Virus record (IMG/VR): IMGVR_UViG_3300021255_004000
Coordinates: 96,001 to 160,000 of that record
Direction: 5' to 3' (one strand)
Source of the DNA: a virus
Taxonomy: Duplodnaviria > Caudoviricetes
Length of the DNA stretch: 64,000 nucleotides
Made by a program: the position numbers and the translations under genes. The notes under the pieces were generated by a model. It searched no databases and was not told the origin of the DNA. It saw nothing but the letters and a program-made list of their open reading frames with translations. This document shows, piece by piece, positions 44,401 through 53,900 of the stretch. Numbering within the stretch: the first letter of the stretch is position 1; each line of letters opens with the position of its first letter.

Positions 44401-46109
44401 GATTCTGAAACGATGAATGCCATATCATAAGCAGGAGTGTCTGTGCTATTATAATAATCTTTATATACGGTGAATCCTGTCTCATCTTTGTCACCTGTAA
44501 GATAACACTTGTCAACTACTTCATCATCATAATCAAGTTCATAATAAGAGTTTTGTGTAAATGTACCGCTAGCGCTTACAGTAATAAGGTCACCTGCAGA
44601 AACATCTATACTTGTTGTATAAGACTTTGTTTCGCCGTTATTTGAATATGATACAACTTGCGTACCATTTTTTGCAATAGTGATAGTTGGACTTATAGTT
44701 TGATAGTTATCATAACTGTTGAAGTAAGCAGATAATGACTGAAGTGCGCATTTAACAGAGATAGTTCCATCTTTTGTTACAACAAAATGTCCACTTTTTC
44801 TATGTTGTTCATTTGGGCTAATAAATGCAGAGCTTGAACTGTAACTTGGAGTATGTACAGTTGTTCCTTTGTAAGGGAGTCCATTTATTTTTGGTAAAGT
44901 TGATTTACCGCTTGTTGCATTAGTTAAGTTGTAGCCGCTGCGTGTTCTTGTTTGAGTGCAGCTTAATGTAACAATGTCACCAAGATTGTCTACACTAGAA
45001 GTACCAACAGTTTTAGTTGTACCGCCTCCAGTGTTCATATTTGTACTCCAACTTGTTATTCCGTTTTTGCAGCAGTAATTCATTACCCAATCGACTTCAT
45101 CTTCAAGATATGTTTTAGGAGCAGTTCCATCAAAATATGGACGGTAATAAAAAATTATTTCTGAACCAACTGCAACATCAGACCACATTACATCAAAAGT
45201 CAGGTCAGACCCCGCTGTTTCAGAAACAAAACTTGTTGCAAGAACTCCGCCAACATAAGCAGCATAATATGTTTTTGTTGTGCTGCTAGTAGAATACTGC
45301 ATTTTTAAGCTGCCACTTTCACTAGATGTTCTTAAGCATCTCCAAAGTTGAATGAAAGGATTGTTTTGTGCTGAGCTAATAGAATTGCCCCAGCCATTAC
45401 TCTTTGTCCAAGCTTTGTTATAATATGATATGTGAGTTTCTTCTTCCAAAGCATCATACACTCCAGTTGCTGTAAATCCGTCGTTTATCACATTGCCATC
45501 TGGCTCGCGATCTTCCCAACTTACAACCTTAAATTCAATTTTGTCACCTTTCTCATAAGATGTTGACAATGTAGAAGCTTTATTATCACTATCATTTTCA
45601 GCTTCAACTTCATCATTTTTCAAAAGAAACGCATATGTATCATTTACAGATCTATCATCATAAAATGAAACACTTATATTACCATCACAGTTTGCTATAA
45701 ATGAAAAGTTTCCAAAAGCAGCTTTTTTAACTTTTTTATATGTTGTTTCAACTTTTTTATAAAGTCTCTGTGTTGCTGTAAAATCCTTTGATAAAGTCAC
45801 TGGGCCTGAAATGCTTTTATAAAATTCTATATTATCAGGAAGTGAGCCTTGCGCTTGAGAAAGAGATGGCATATCAGCAGATGTTTTCAAAATAAAGCCA
45901 TTAAACTTCTTGTCAAATCCAAAGTCTTCATCGGTTGAAAAGTATCCATCAAGATCAATACTTTGCTGCCACTTTTGAGATGCGGGACCAACCCACACCA
46001 TATTCTTACAAAGTCTCCAGCTATCTTGATTATAATAAAGATTGCCATCATAAGTAGAAAGATGACCTGTGCTATTTGCGTTTATGTCGTCTGAAATTAA
46101 CCAACTCAT
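41406..46109 (-). CDS. large receptor-binding/tail-fibre-like protein (beta-sandwich domains, ILEI/GG domain, BspA/DUF285-like repeats)
   Basis: RGH..VID..DTY..DA..AR..R..FIGKKG; repeated MF.GC/NC units. Confidence 0.65.
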   Translation of the reverse strand: MSWLISDDINANSTGHLSTYDGNLYYNQDSWRLCKNMVWVGPASQKWQQSIDLDGYFSTDEDFGFDKKFNGFILKTSADMPSLSQAQGSLPDNIEFYKSISGPVTLSKDFTATQRLYKKVETTYKKVKKAAFGNFSFIANCDGNISVSFYDDRSVNDTYAFLLKNDEVEAENDSDNKASTLSTSYEKGDKIEFKVVSWEDREPDGNVINDGFTATGVYDALEEETHISYYNKAWTKSNGWGNSISSAQNNPFIQLWRCLRTSSESGSLKMQYSTSSTTKTYYAAYVGGVLATSFVSETAGSDLTFDVMWSDVAVGSEIIFYYRPYFDGTAPKTYLEDEVDWVMNYCCKNGITSWSTNMNTGGGTTKTVGTSSVDNLGDIVTLSCTQTRTRSGYNLTNATSGKSTLPKINGLPYKGTTVHTPSYSSSSAFISPNEQHRKSGHFVVTKDGTISVKCALQSLSAYFNSYDNYQTISPTITIAKNGTQVVSYSNNGETKSYTTSIDVSAGDLITVSASGTFTQNSYYELDYDDEVVDKCYLTGDKDETGFTVYKDYYNSTDTPAYDMAFIVSESGSLEWSYNDVRSGTTSASDDGILNIFVNGERKVRADNDNASSNGSLSLSVGDVVLIRYSTYSCSVGNKDEYVYVERNWDTPGGQCTISFSGETVPVAFNHTLSWKEYCKLILAEARLWVDDNSLTDYALPIAIIDDAGDLERTNQFYTELSNSKLYVDLWVHADNLTNLNASYVKCFNADMKDSPINADFAGASVTQVRIKDATWGKRAFKNISGKISSLELVNISGDWTEAFRNSVSTSVKVGKFTTSGLTSARDMFRGCEIRYRWSLDEDKLRTFFNDTYDKWVAGEYDFRSAFVGSYHSGTIPEQFMSAEDQFACNWDPAILIQKVASTYDVSRQPLTCYYFAGDSAVNNGYSKYLEYSKTVHTIKLVSRQFDESFDAAYIYIDDKAVKSWGSRGHFIGVIDCKTMQFKYEGSGDTYGTPDSADAVWAAAINAAGSNDIIVSITYDATSVTSSARNSINSCGGSGSTWTSARIAHTFIGKKGLSSGCGYEGTASGSSYSTLTAQFDEDRGLVHKASWGLSQKFGLSPIYEKESGQDDHFNKHLNIIVPEEDFWKWYSVFAQIKSDYDCALFSITENNKANFNIDVYTSGDERQTNYNYDTSFRKAVEANAFDNLILHLRKVENTTNKSISIEGMFKGIENLHCVGEIKNIQDITSAFEGCSNIIEVSPNLNNVEIADYAFKNCHSLTNAYVISNSCYTAMHMFENCENITDFNIKEMPALIDATSMFEGCTGIRTDYFTKATEIPETLQVTRRMFAKCGITEISGNWVPPNSYTTYRNQDENGMGTFEDDWVNETTKEGWSFPRDLYDADQMFTENPITKISNLKFNPNANNSWIFSSCNNLTTMQYSFLDIDTFTSEKHTGMFDRCSLKKDNVIWLPISISSDFHLAQLGFFTNGSAGNEKISYWIVDDHWCEVDHSGFVEYQHIRRPAYLDVYRKNYDKDVIIKFWSHPHIHSAEKRGYNELHDTKVYYDPETLQGGATINYNEWLKGKQTK

Positions 46110-46170
46110 ATCAATTAGTCAAATGGTATGACTAATGCATTGACTAAATAATCTAAGGAGAATTATTTGT

Positions 46171-47148
46171 ATGTTGGATCTTCCAGTGTGGCTTATAGCT
46201 TGCGTGCTTGGCGTAGGATGCATTATTATAACTATCTTACTTTACATTCTTATTAAGACAAATGGAAAGTCAGATGTGTATATCAACAAAAATGGTGTTG
46301 TTGTAAAAGCAGCATCACCAAAAAACATTACAACCAAACAGTTTATCAACTTTATGAAAGAGATAATTTCATATGTTGAAGACTCAAAAGAAAATTATGT
46401 AGATGATGTAATTGGAATTAAAAATCTTTACTTCAAACAGTCAAAAGACTTTGCAAAGTCAAGAATTATTGAAGTTCAGAATGCTATCATTGAAGAATAT
46501 AAAATGGAATATATGAAGAAGTATTCAGGCCGTCTCCACCCGTCATTGACAAAAGATGGAAATGGAAAAGAATTGATTATTGACGCAACAGTACTTCTTC
46601 CTACTGCTAATCAACTTGATGATGATAAGACTGAAGAAGGAGAAACTAAACCAGTTTCTCCTTGCCATCGTCTTTGTGCAAGTGGTTGCAATTCAGGATT
46701 GTCTTTCTTTGAGTCGCACTTGCAGAAAGATTTCAAACCCATCTTGGAGGAAGTATTTAGAATCATCGAAGAAAACCACTTGGTAAACCGTCTTGACCGT
46801 GAATATGAGGAAGAGATTGTTACAAAGGCTGGTCAGTTGTCTTCTTACTTAAAGAATTGTGTAATTTCTTATCCTGTACCTATTGATAACGAAATTGCTA
46901 AAGAGGTTATTTATCGAAAAACACCAAATGTTCAAGATGCTATCGAAGATTCATTAAGAAGATCAAGAACATTATCAAAAGAAAAACGCGAACATATCCA
47001 AGCAGAAAAAGAAAAGTATTACAGAAAAAGAGATACAAAAATCTCTCAAATTGTAAACATTTTGAATGACAGCGATCTTGAAGCAATTTTACGCCGTACA
47101 GACCGCCGCATTACTGATGGCAGTAATGATATGTTACCATTAAGTTAA
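46171..47148 (+). CDS. membrane-anchored helical protein, probable paralog of 58051-58863
   Basis: N-terminal TM; ACTAAAT and AAGGAG upstream. Confidence 0.7.
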   Translation: MLDLPVWLIACVLGVGCIIITILLYILIKTNGKSDVYINKNGVVVKAASPKNITTKQFINFMKEIISYVEDSKENYVDDVIGIKNLYFKQSKDFAKSRIIEVQNAIIEEYKMEYMKKYSGRLHPSLTKDGNGKELIIDATVLLPTANQLDDDKTEEGETKPVSPCHRLCASGCNSGLSFFESHLQKDFKPILEEVFRIIEENHLVNRLDREYEEEIVTKAGQLSSYLKNCVISYPVPIDNEIAKEVIYRKTPNVQDAIEDSLRRSRTLSKEKREHIQAEKEKYYRKRDTKISQIVNILNDSDLEAILRRTDRRITDGSNDMLPLS

Positions 47149-48783
47149 TGTAACACCTTTGAGGCGTGCAAGAAACTGTTTTGGCAACCACTTCTTATAC
47201 TTATTTATCCAATAATTAAATGATGAGTCAAGTACAAAAGTTGCAGAATGGTCATCAGCTGAACGAGTTGAACGACCACACGCCTGAACCAAAGTTTTCA
47301 ACATTTGACAAGCATACCAGTCGGAAGATAATTCCGACTTTCTTTTTATACGCGGATCTGCCAAAGAACTGAAAGGCATCTTTACAACAATTTGAAATCT
47401 TGACAAGTCATCTTTCAAGTCAACACCAGTTGTCATTGAAGGAGAAAGCAAAACTGTGTCTTTTGAGCGTTCGTGAATTTTCAGTAAGTTTTGATTTGTT
47501 ATCTCATTGTTGTCTTTATCTCTTACAAGCAACCGATTGTGGTCTTCTCTGTCGATATGTTCAAAGTCATTCCAAATTGCTTCTGCAATACGATAATTTC
47601 CTGTGTGAATAATTCCTTTTTCATTCTGTTTCTTATCAAGGATTTTTCCGATTGCAGCACAAGCTTTAGGTAATGTTTCTTCAATGTTTTGATAATTCAT
47701 TGAACCACAAGGCATATAATAAATCGGAGACTTTGCAGGGTCAAAAGATGACTCCATCTTAATTACAAGACAGTCATCTTTGTTGATGCCTAAGTCTTTA
47801 ATGAATCCGTCAATGTCAAGAATTGTTGCTGACATAAACAAAAACTTTTCAGCCCAAGTGTTACAGAACTGATGAAACAAAGAATCAACGAAAAGTGGTG
47901 TAAATGACAATGAACCATCAGTTGCATTAGGCGCGATTATCCAATTGTCTTTTCTTTGACTTACAAAGACATCCATCTTTTTGTAAAGTTTATCAATTTT
48001 GTAATAAAGCTTATGTGTTTTGCCCAATGACTCAAGTGTATCTTCATCGAGATTTTCAGCATCTTCGCCTTCCATCTCTTCTTCCATCATTGTATGCAAT
48101 TCATCGCGTTTGCACTGAATAAGATTAAGAAACTTTGTAAAGCGTTCTTTATTTGCTTCCCATCCTTCTTCTGTAAACTTTGCTAAATAGTCTTTTCTGT
48201 CTTCACAAAGGTCGAACAATCCATAAGTTCGGTCAAGTTCTTCAGGGTTGATTTCAAATGAAGCAAAGTTGACAAGTTGGTCTTCAAGCAAATGACATTC
48301 ATCAAAAGCCATCAACTGACGAGGCTTCCAAAAACCTGCACAGTCAAAGGCGCGGAAAATATATGCATAGGATGTCAAAACTGTATGAGATGCAAGTGCG
48401 CGTTTTCTTAAAGTGTAATACTTGCAAGTTGCCATACAAGGTGGGAGATGAGTTGCTTTCTTCAAAGTACAAGGACCATTTTCACAGTTCAAACGGACAT
48501 TCTTGTTGCATTCATAATTTGCTTTACCTTTAATTGAAACAAACTCTTTGTCTTTTCCGAAGTCGTGAACATATTGTTCCTGAAGTTGTTTCGTTTCTGT
48601 AATGATGAAAGCGTCCTTGCTCCAATTAGCAACTGATTTTGCAATACCTGACTTTCCTGTACCTACATCAAGTTGCAAAATGAAATACTTCTTATCATTC
48701 CAGTGCGAGGCAATTTCTTTAAGTACAGTTTCCTGCTCTGGGCGAATTTGGTCATAAGGAAAATATTTCTTGTAATCTATCAT
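47140..48783 (-). CDS. DinG/Rad3-family SF2 helicase
   Basis: IRPEQ, DVGTGKS, four-Cys cluster, DECH, MSAT, QACGRSTR. Confidence 0.92.
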   Translation of the reverse strand: MIDYKKYFPYDQIRPEQETVLKEIASHWNDKKYFILQLDVGTGKSGIAKSVANWSKDAFIITETKQLQEQYVHDFGKDKEFVSIKGKANYECNKNVRLNCENGPCTLKKATHLPPCMATCKYYTLRKRALASHTVLTSYAYIFRAFDCAGFWKPRQLMAFDECHLLEDQLVNFASFEINPEELDRTYGLFDLCEDRKDYLAKFTEEGWEANKERFTKFLNLIQCKRDELHTMMEEEMEGEDAENLDEDTLESLGKTHKLYYKIDKLYKKMDVFVSQRKDNWIIAPNATDGSLSFTPLFVDSLFHQFCNTWAEKFLFMSATILDIDGFIKDLGINKDDCLVIKMESSFDPAKSPIYYMPCGSMNYQNIEETLPKACAAIGKILDKKQNEKGIIHTGNYRIAEAIWNDFEHIDREDHNRLLVRDKDNNEITNQNLLKIHERSKDTVLLSPSMTTGVDLKDDLSRFQIVVKMPFSSLADPRIKRKSELSSDWYACQMLKTLVQACGRSTRSADDHSATFVLDSSFNYWINKYKKWLPKQFLARLKGVTLT

Positions 48784-48877
48784 AATTACAATATTAACAG
48801 TACTGCAATACAGAAAAGCAGTTTTGCGGGAAAGATGACATATTTTATTGCTCGATAAAGAGCATAGTTGTTTATAT

Positions 48878-49633
48878 TCAAATAGGCCATAATGAATCCT
48901 TGTTGTTGCGAATGTCTTCCATTCTTTGTTTCAAAATCTTAGGTGTACCAATTCTGAAGATTCCGTCAAACTTCGACCAATAACGGTCCTTCAAATAGTA
49001 CTCAAGTTGAGCCTCTGAGAAAACCCAAACATTCTTAATTGAACAGCCATAAAATGATGATGTGGAAAGTTTTGGCGGCAAGAATCTTTCGCAAACGATA
49101 TCACTAAGATAAATGCAGCCTTCAAAAGCTTTCTTTCCTATTGTTGCTAAAGACACAGGAATGTCGAGAACTTTAATTCCTGAGGACTGAAAAGCTTCTT
49201 CTTCGATTGTTTCAACTTTATTAAGATTAAGATTTCTCAGTTTAAGACAAGCTTGAAAGCACCTTGGAGGAATGTTTTCAATGTTAGGCGGCAAGTCGAT
49301 TTGTTGCAATCCTGAATAAGAAAACGCATCAGGATATAAGTTGTTTATTGTTGTAAAGTTAAAGTCTTTTAATGACTCACAGAAAGTAAATGCAGCAGGA
49401 CCAATGATCTTTGGAAGTCCATCGAATCTTTCAAGTTCCCAACAGTTTGCAAAAGCGCGTTCACCTATCGTTTCTGTCTGTGGACCACTTAAGACAAAAT
49501 GAAGTTTCTCTGCTCCTTCAAAAAGCTGAGGTTTTATGTTATCATTAAAGTCCATAAGGTTTGCCATATATGGACGATTCTGTCTGAGACATTTCTTTAT
49601 GTCGCGTTCGTTCTTACAGTTGATAATTTTCAT
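48878..49633 (-). CDS. BspA/TpLRR leucine-rich-repeat protein
   Basis: Repeated TIG..AF..C..L units; no signal peptide. Confidence 0.88.
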   Translation of the reverse strand: MKIINCKNERDIKKCLRQNRPYMANLMDFNDNIKPQLFEGAEKLHFVLSGPQTETIGERAFANCWELERFDGLPKIIGPAAFTFCESLKDFNFTTINNLYPDAFSYSGLQQIDLPPNIENIPPRCFQACLKLRNLNLNKVETIEEEAFQSSGIKVLDIPVSLATIGKKAFEGCIYLSDIVCERFLPPKLSTSSFYGCSIKNVWVFSEAQLEYYLKDRYWSKFDGIFRIGTPKILKQRMEDIRNNKDSLWPI

Positions 49634-49890
49634 TAAGCCTTCCGCAACATTGTTTCAAGATCTGTGCTGAAACCATTGTCAGCAAGTAACGCATTGATAG
49701 CCTTGAGGTTATCATCTCCATCAACTTCTGCTTCCACCATAAGAATCGTGCCCTTATTGTTGTAATAGCTTACTTTGATGTTTGTGGCGAGATGATCTGC
49801 AGCTGCGAGAGCAAGACTCTCGTTCTCTGTCAGAAAACCCCTTCTTTCAGTGGCGTCAGGAGTTCTCTTGTAGTATTTTGTCTGTATCAT
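49633..49890 (-). CDS. early hypothetical protein
   Basis: GGAGG RBS under early promoter. Confidence 0.65.
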   Translation of the reverse strand: MIQTKYYKRTPDATERRGFLTENESLALAAADHLATNIKVSYYNNKGTILMVEAEVDGDDNLKAINALLADNGFSTDLETMLRKA

Positions 49891-49909
49891 ACCCAGTTCC
49901 TCCATAAAT

Positions 49910-49938
49910 AATATAAAAGACTTTTCTTAAAAGTTCAA
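49910..49938 (-). promoter_or_regulatory. early promoter copy 7
   Basis: TTGAAC-17-TATATT. Confidence 0.85.
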
Positions 49939-50178
49939 TTATATTTCAACATTTTCTTCAATAAACTCTATATCTTCGCCATTCAGTCCTGACTGATAAA
50001 CCATTTTGAACAACTCAGGAAGCGTTCCATAAGTTTCAGAAAGAACCGGTAACTTGGCGGCCATCTCTTTATTTATGTAAATTGGAAACTTTTTTACTTC
50101 AACGCCGTCATCATCAGCGAGAATAATAAAGCGCATCGCCTCATCATTGCCGTTGACTTCTTTAAACATCATTTTCAT
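49939..50178 (-). CDS. small hypothetical protein
   Basis: GGAGG RBS. Confidence 0.65.
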   Translation of the reverse strand: MKMMFKEVNGNDEAMRFIILADDDGVEVKKFPIYINKEMAAKLPVLSETYGTLPELFKMVYQSGLNGEDIEFIEENVEI

Positions 50179-50195
50179 AAAAACCTCCAAAAGGA

Positions 50196-50480
50196 TTAAA
50201 GAGTATCAAACTCTTTTCTGTGATGTGTTTCAATGACACAAGTAATAATCTTGTGTGTGTTGCCATCACATACAATCGTAATCAACTTGTCATTCACGCG
50301 CATCGTAAAGTATTCAGAGTTGCGACCTCTGTTATCAATTTTGCGATGTGGCTCGCTGTTCTGACAAACACTAAGAATATAGGCTCTTGTGTCATCATCC
50401 AATTCAACGCCCACCCGCTCATAAAATACTTTATAGAAATAGTTTGTGAATGAATACCGTTTAGTATGTTCCATCCTCAA
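50196..50480 (-). CDS. hypothetical protein
   Basis: ORF in operon. Confidence 0.6.
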   Translation of the reverse strand: MRMEHTKRYSFTNYFYKVFYERVGVELDDDTRAYILSVCQNSEPHRKIDNRGRNSEYFTMRVNDKLITIVCDGNTHKIITCVIETHHRKEFDTL

Positions 50481-50904
50481 GCTTCTCCTTATTCTTTAAG
50501 AATACTTCAAGCTTGAAAGGGTCCTGTGCAACTGTAACGCCACTTATGAGGCCCATATCATAAATCGCTTTAGCAACATTTCTAAAGTCCTTTGCGATAG
50601 CTTCCTCATAGCCCATAACAAGCTTTCCGTTTTTTGTATATTCTCGAATGATTGACATAAAGTATTCGTTCAACACTTCAATGTTCTTATCGAGATAATA
50701 GTCGGAAATATCCTCGTTAAGTTCTTCAACAGCTTCCTTCTTTGACTTTACTTTTTGCTTCTGCATAATTGAAACTACGCCGTCAGTGAATGCACGCTGT
50801 GCAAGATTTATAATTTGAGACTTCATATAAGAATAATCTTTTGAATCTTCAGTTATTCTTGAAGCCTCTTCTTTGTAAGTTGGCAACTTTGAATTAAGTG
50901 TCAT
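50461..50904 (-). CDS. hypothetical protein
   Basis: ACTAATT and GGAGG upstream. Confidence 0.7.
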   Translation of the reverse strand: MTLNSKLPTYKEEASRITEDSKDYSYMKSQIINLAQRAFTDGVVSIMQKQKVKSKKEAVEELNEDISDYYLDKNIEVLNEYFMSIIREYTKNGKLVMGYEEAIAKDFRNVAKAIYDMGLISGVTVAQDPFKLEVFLKNKEKLEDGTY

Positions 50905-50925
50905 CTTGTAACCTCCATCTTTTAA

Positions 50926-53900
50926 TTAGTTTTTACCGAAGTCTTTTAACGAAATTGCGAAATCTCCTGAGTTTGGAATAACATCAGTTTGTTCCTCAAT
51001 GATTGGCCACATTGCGTAAGCAGCCGCACCTGACAAAGCAGCAGGGTTCTTAGCAGGCATTGTCAACATAAGTCCGCTTTCTGTTTGATTGCAGAACTCA
51101 AGTGTTATATCTGATTTGTAACCTTCTGCCTTAGGGAGTTTTCCACTTACAGGAATTCTCCAATAATCTGTACTCTGTTTAGCACCACAAAGTATTGCTT
51201 GAGGATCTGTAACACCAGCTTGTGTAAGATCTCTAATCTTATCAGCAGCAGTACCACCGAACAAGTTGAACACAATTCCTGTTTCGCTAGCAGCAAGGTT
51301 GTCCCAGTTGATGTCAAATGGCTGAAGTGAGTTTTCATCAGAATAAACCTGATTCATATACATATCGTAATCGTGTGTTGTAAGTTTTAATGTATCGTTA
51401 TTCTGCAACTTCTTACGAGTTTTGAACTCGTTCTTTACTTCTTTTGAGAATATACCATAAGGACCGTTTGTAGGTTTGATGATATACTTCTCTTTACCAT
51501 ATTTGATTGCCCAACCAGCATTGTTCCACATTTCGCCTTTTGCAGTGTTGATTGTGTCGCCTGCGTCACGGTTCTTATAAGAACCATCTCTTTTCTTGAT
51601 GTAATTCCAAGGACGAACTTTAATAATTGTTTCATCATTTGGAGACAATTCACCAGACTTGAGTTTTTCCTGACATTTGATATAATCAGCTTCAGTTGCG
51701 TATTTTACTTTTACATAAACTGTCTTAATCATATCAGAGTCAAGAGCAGCAGATTCATCATTTACAATCTTCTGTAATGTTTCAGTTTTCTTTTCGATTG
51801 TATTCTGAATTTCATAGAATGCAACAGTTTCTTTTCCTGTTGTTCTACTAAACTCAGCAGGTACAACACCCGCACCAGATGAAACAGCAGAAGCAACCAT
51901 TTGAGGAATCATTTTCTCAAGATGGCGGCAAGCCCACAATGTACCGTCTTGTTTGTTACATCTCTTATTGATAAAGTATCTTCTTGACTCATACAACACA
52001 TTCAAGTATGCAAGGAAGAACTGTTCAATTCCTTCATCATATTTCAATGCAATGAAAGAGTTCATATCGCGCCAACTTGCAATCATTGTGTTGTATGACA
52101 TTGTTTTAATGTCAAGATCTTTATAAACCTCAAGTTTGCTGTTCATACTTGCAAGAGTACTGATTCTTGAATTGAATGCATTCTCAAGGTCTCTGTGTTT
52201 ATTATAGTTGGTTTGTGGATCATTATCAAACCAATCTCTTGCCCATACCAAGAATTGATTATAACCATAGATGTCTTCACAGTTGTAAACAGTATCAGAG
52301 TCTTTATCCTTAAACTTTCCTTCAGGATTTGCAAGGAAGTATGAACGAGGAGAAACAAGAGCAGCTGAACGGTTTGTGCCAACCATAATGTCACGAATAT
52401 AGTCAAATGACATTATGTACTTACCTGTATCACGGCCGCTTGAGTCTTTGATATGTCCACAAGTTAAGTCCTTAGCGCCGCTTAAGAAACCATTCTGAGT
52501 TGAAACAAGATTGTACATAAATCTTGGAGCAATATCATAAGAAGTGAAATAATATTTTGCTCCAACCCAAGCGTTCTTTAATGTACATTTATCAACATAA
52601 TCGTGAAGTCTTCCGTCTCCGCCCCACTGCTGATATGTTGTATATGAACGAATGTTATCAGCAGTAATAAGGAACTCATTACCATTGTTTCTTACCTTAC
52701 AGCCTCGTGCTTCGATAGCTTGTTTACCCATACCTGTGTCAAGATTTGTTACATCAATAGCAAAGTTCTTTAATGAGAATGTTGCAATTTTTGGACCTGA
52801 CATATCACCACGGTAGAATGTGTTTCTTAAGTTCATATTAAGAATCATTTTGTTCCACCACCAAGGTGCTCCGCCTTCAGTGTAATTCATATATCCACCT
52901 GGGATACGATATGTGTTACCGTTGATAACAACATCACCTTGTGTGAATGATGCAATCTTCCAGAATGGGAATTCCAACTGACCAAATGCAACATCAAGCG
53001 GGTTATCAATTTTTGTAATGCGAGTCTTATCACTGAATGTTTCAATAGGAGAGTCATCAGCAACAAAGTCAATACCTGGGATGTCACCAAGAATACCTTT
53101 ACCACGAATACCACTGAATGATGAGTGCATTTCATCAGAGTCCTTATTTACATTGAAATAAGGGAAACGACGACCACCAAGATTTTCCATAAGGTCATAA
53201 GGTGACTTACGAGTTTCTGCACAGTTGTTACCATAATCTGAACCAAAGAAACTGTGTTTTGCAATGTCTGAACTTAATTGTCCGTTTACAGGAACAGTTG
53301 AATCCTGAATTGCCTTTGATCTTGAAATCTTACCATAGTCTGAACCATAGTTTGTAAATGTAGGTTTATAAAGTCCCGCATAAAATCTATCTGTTGTATC
53401 AACTCTTACTGAAAGATAATGCTTCCATCCGCAATGCTTCTCAAACCAGTGTTTACATTTGTTTGATGAATAAGATTTAGAATGTTCACACCAATACCAA
53501 ATAGGCTTCATATTGTGATAAACTTCACAACGGAACAAACAGTCAGGAGCATCACCTGGGCCACGAGTCAAGAACATAAGTTTATTATGAGCACCGATGC
53601 CTCGTCCCCAGTCAACCAAGTAGTCCATTACATCGTGTTCCTTTGTTGTCATATATGAAGAAATTACTTCGTGATACTTTTCATCATAAGCTTGGAACAA
53701 AGTTCCTGGCTGCATACCTGCATCATCAATAAATAATTCATAATCTTCAGTTGACGCAGAAAGATATGCTCTTTCAAGAGGCGTTGAAAAGCCAAACATT
53801 CTTGAGAATGTTGCTGCCCATCTGTTGCGGAACTTATCATTTGACTGTGGGTCAAGAGTTGCATTATAGTGCTGAACTTGGGCAATCTTCCAATTATAAT

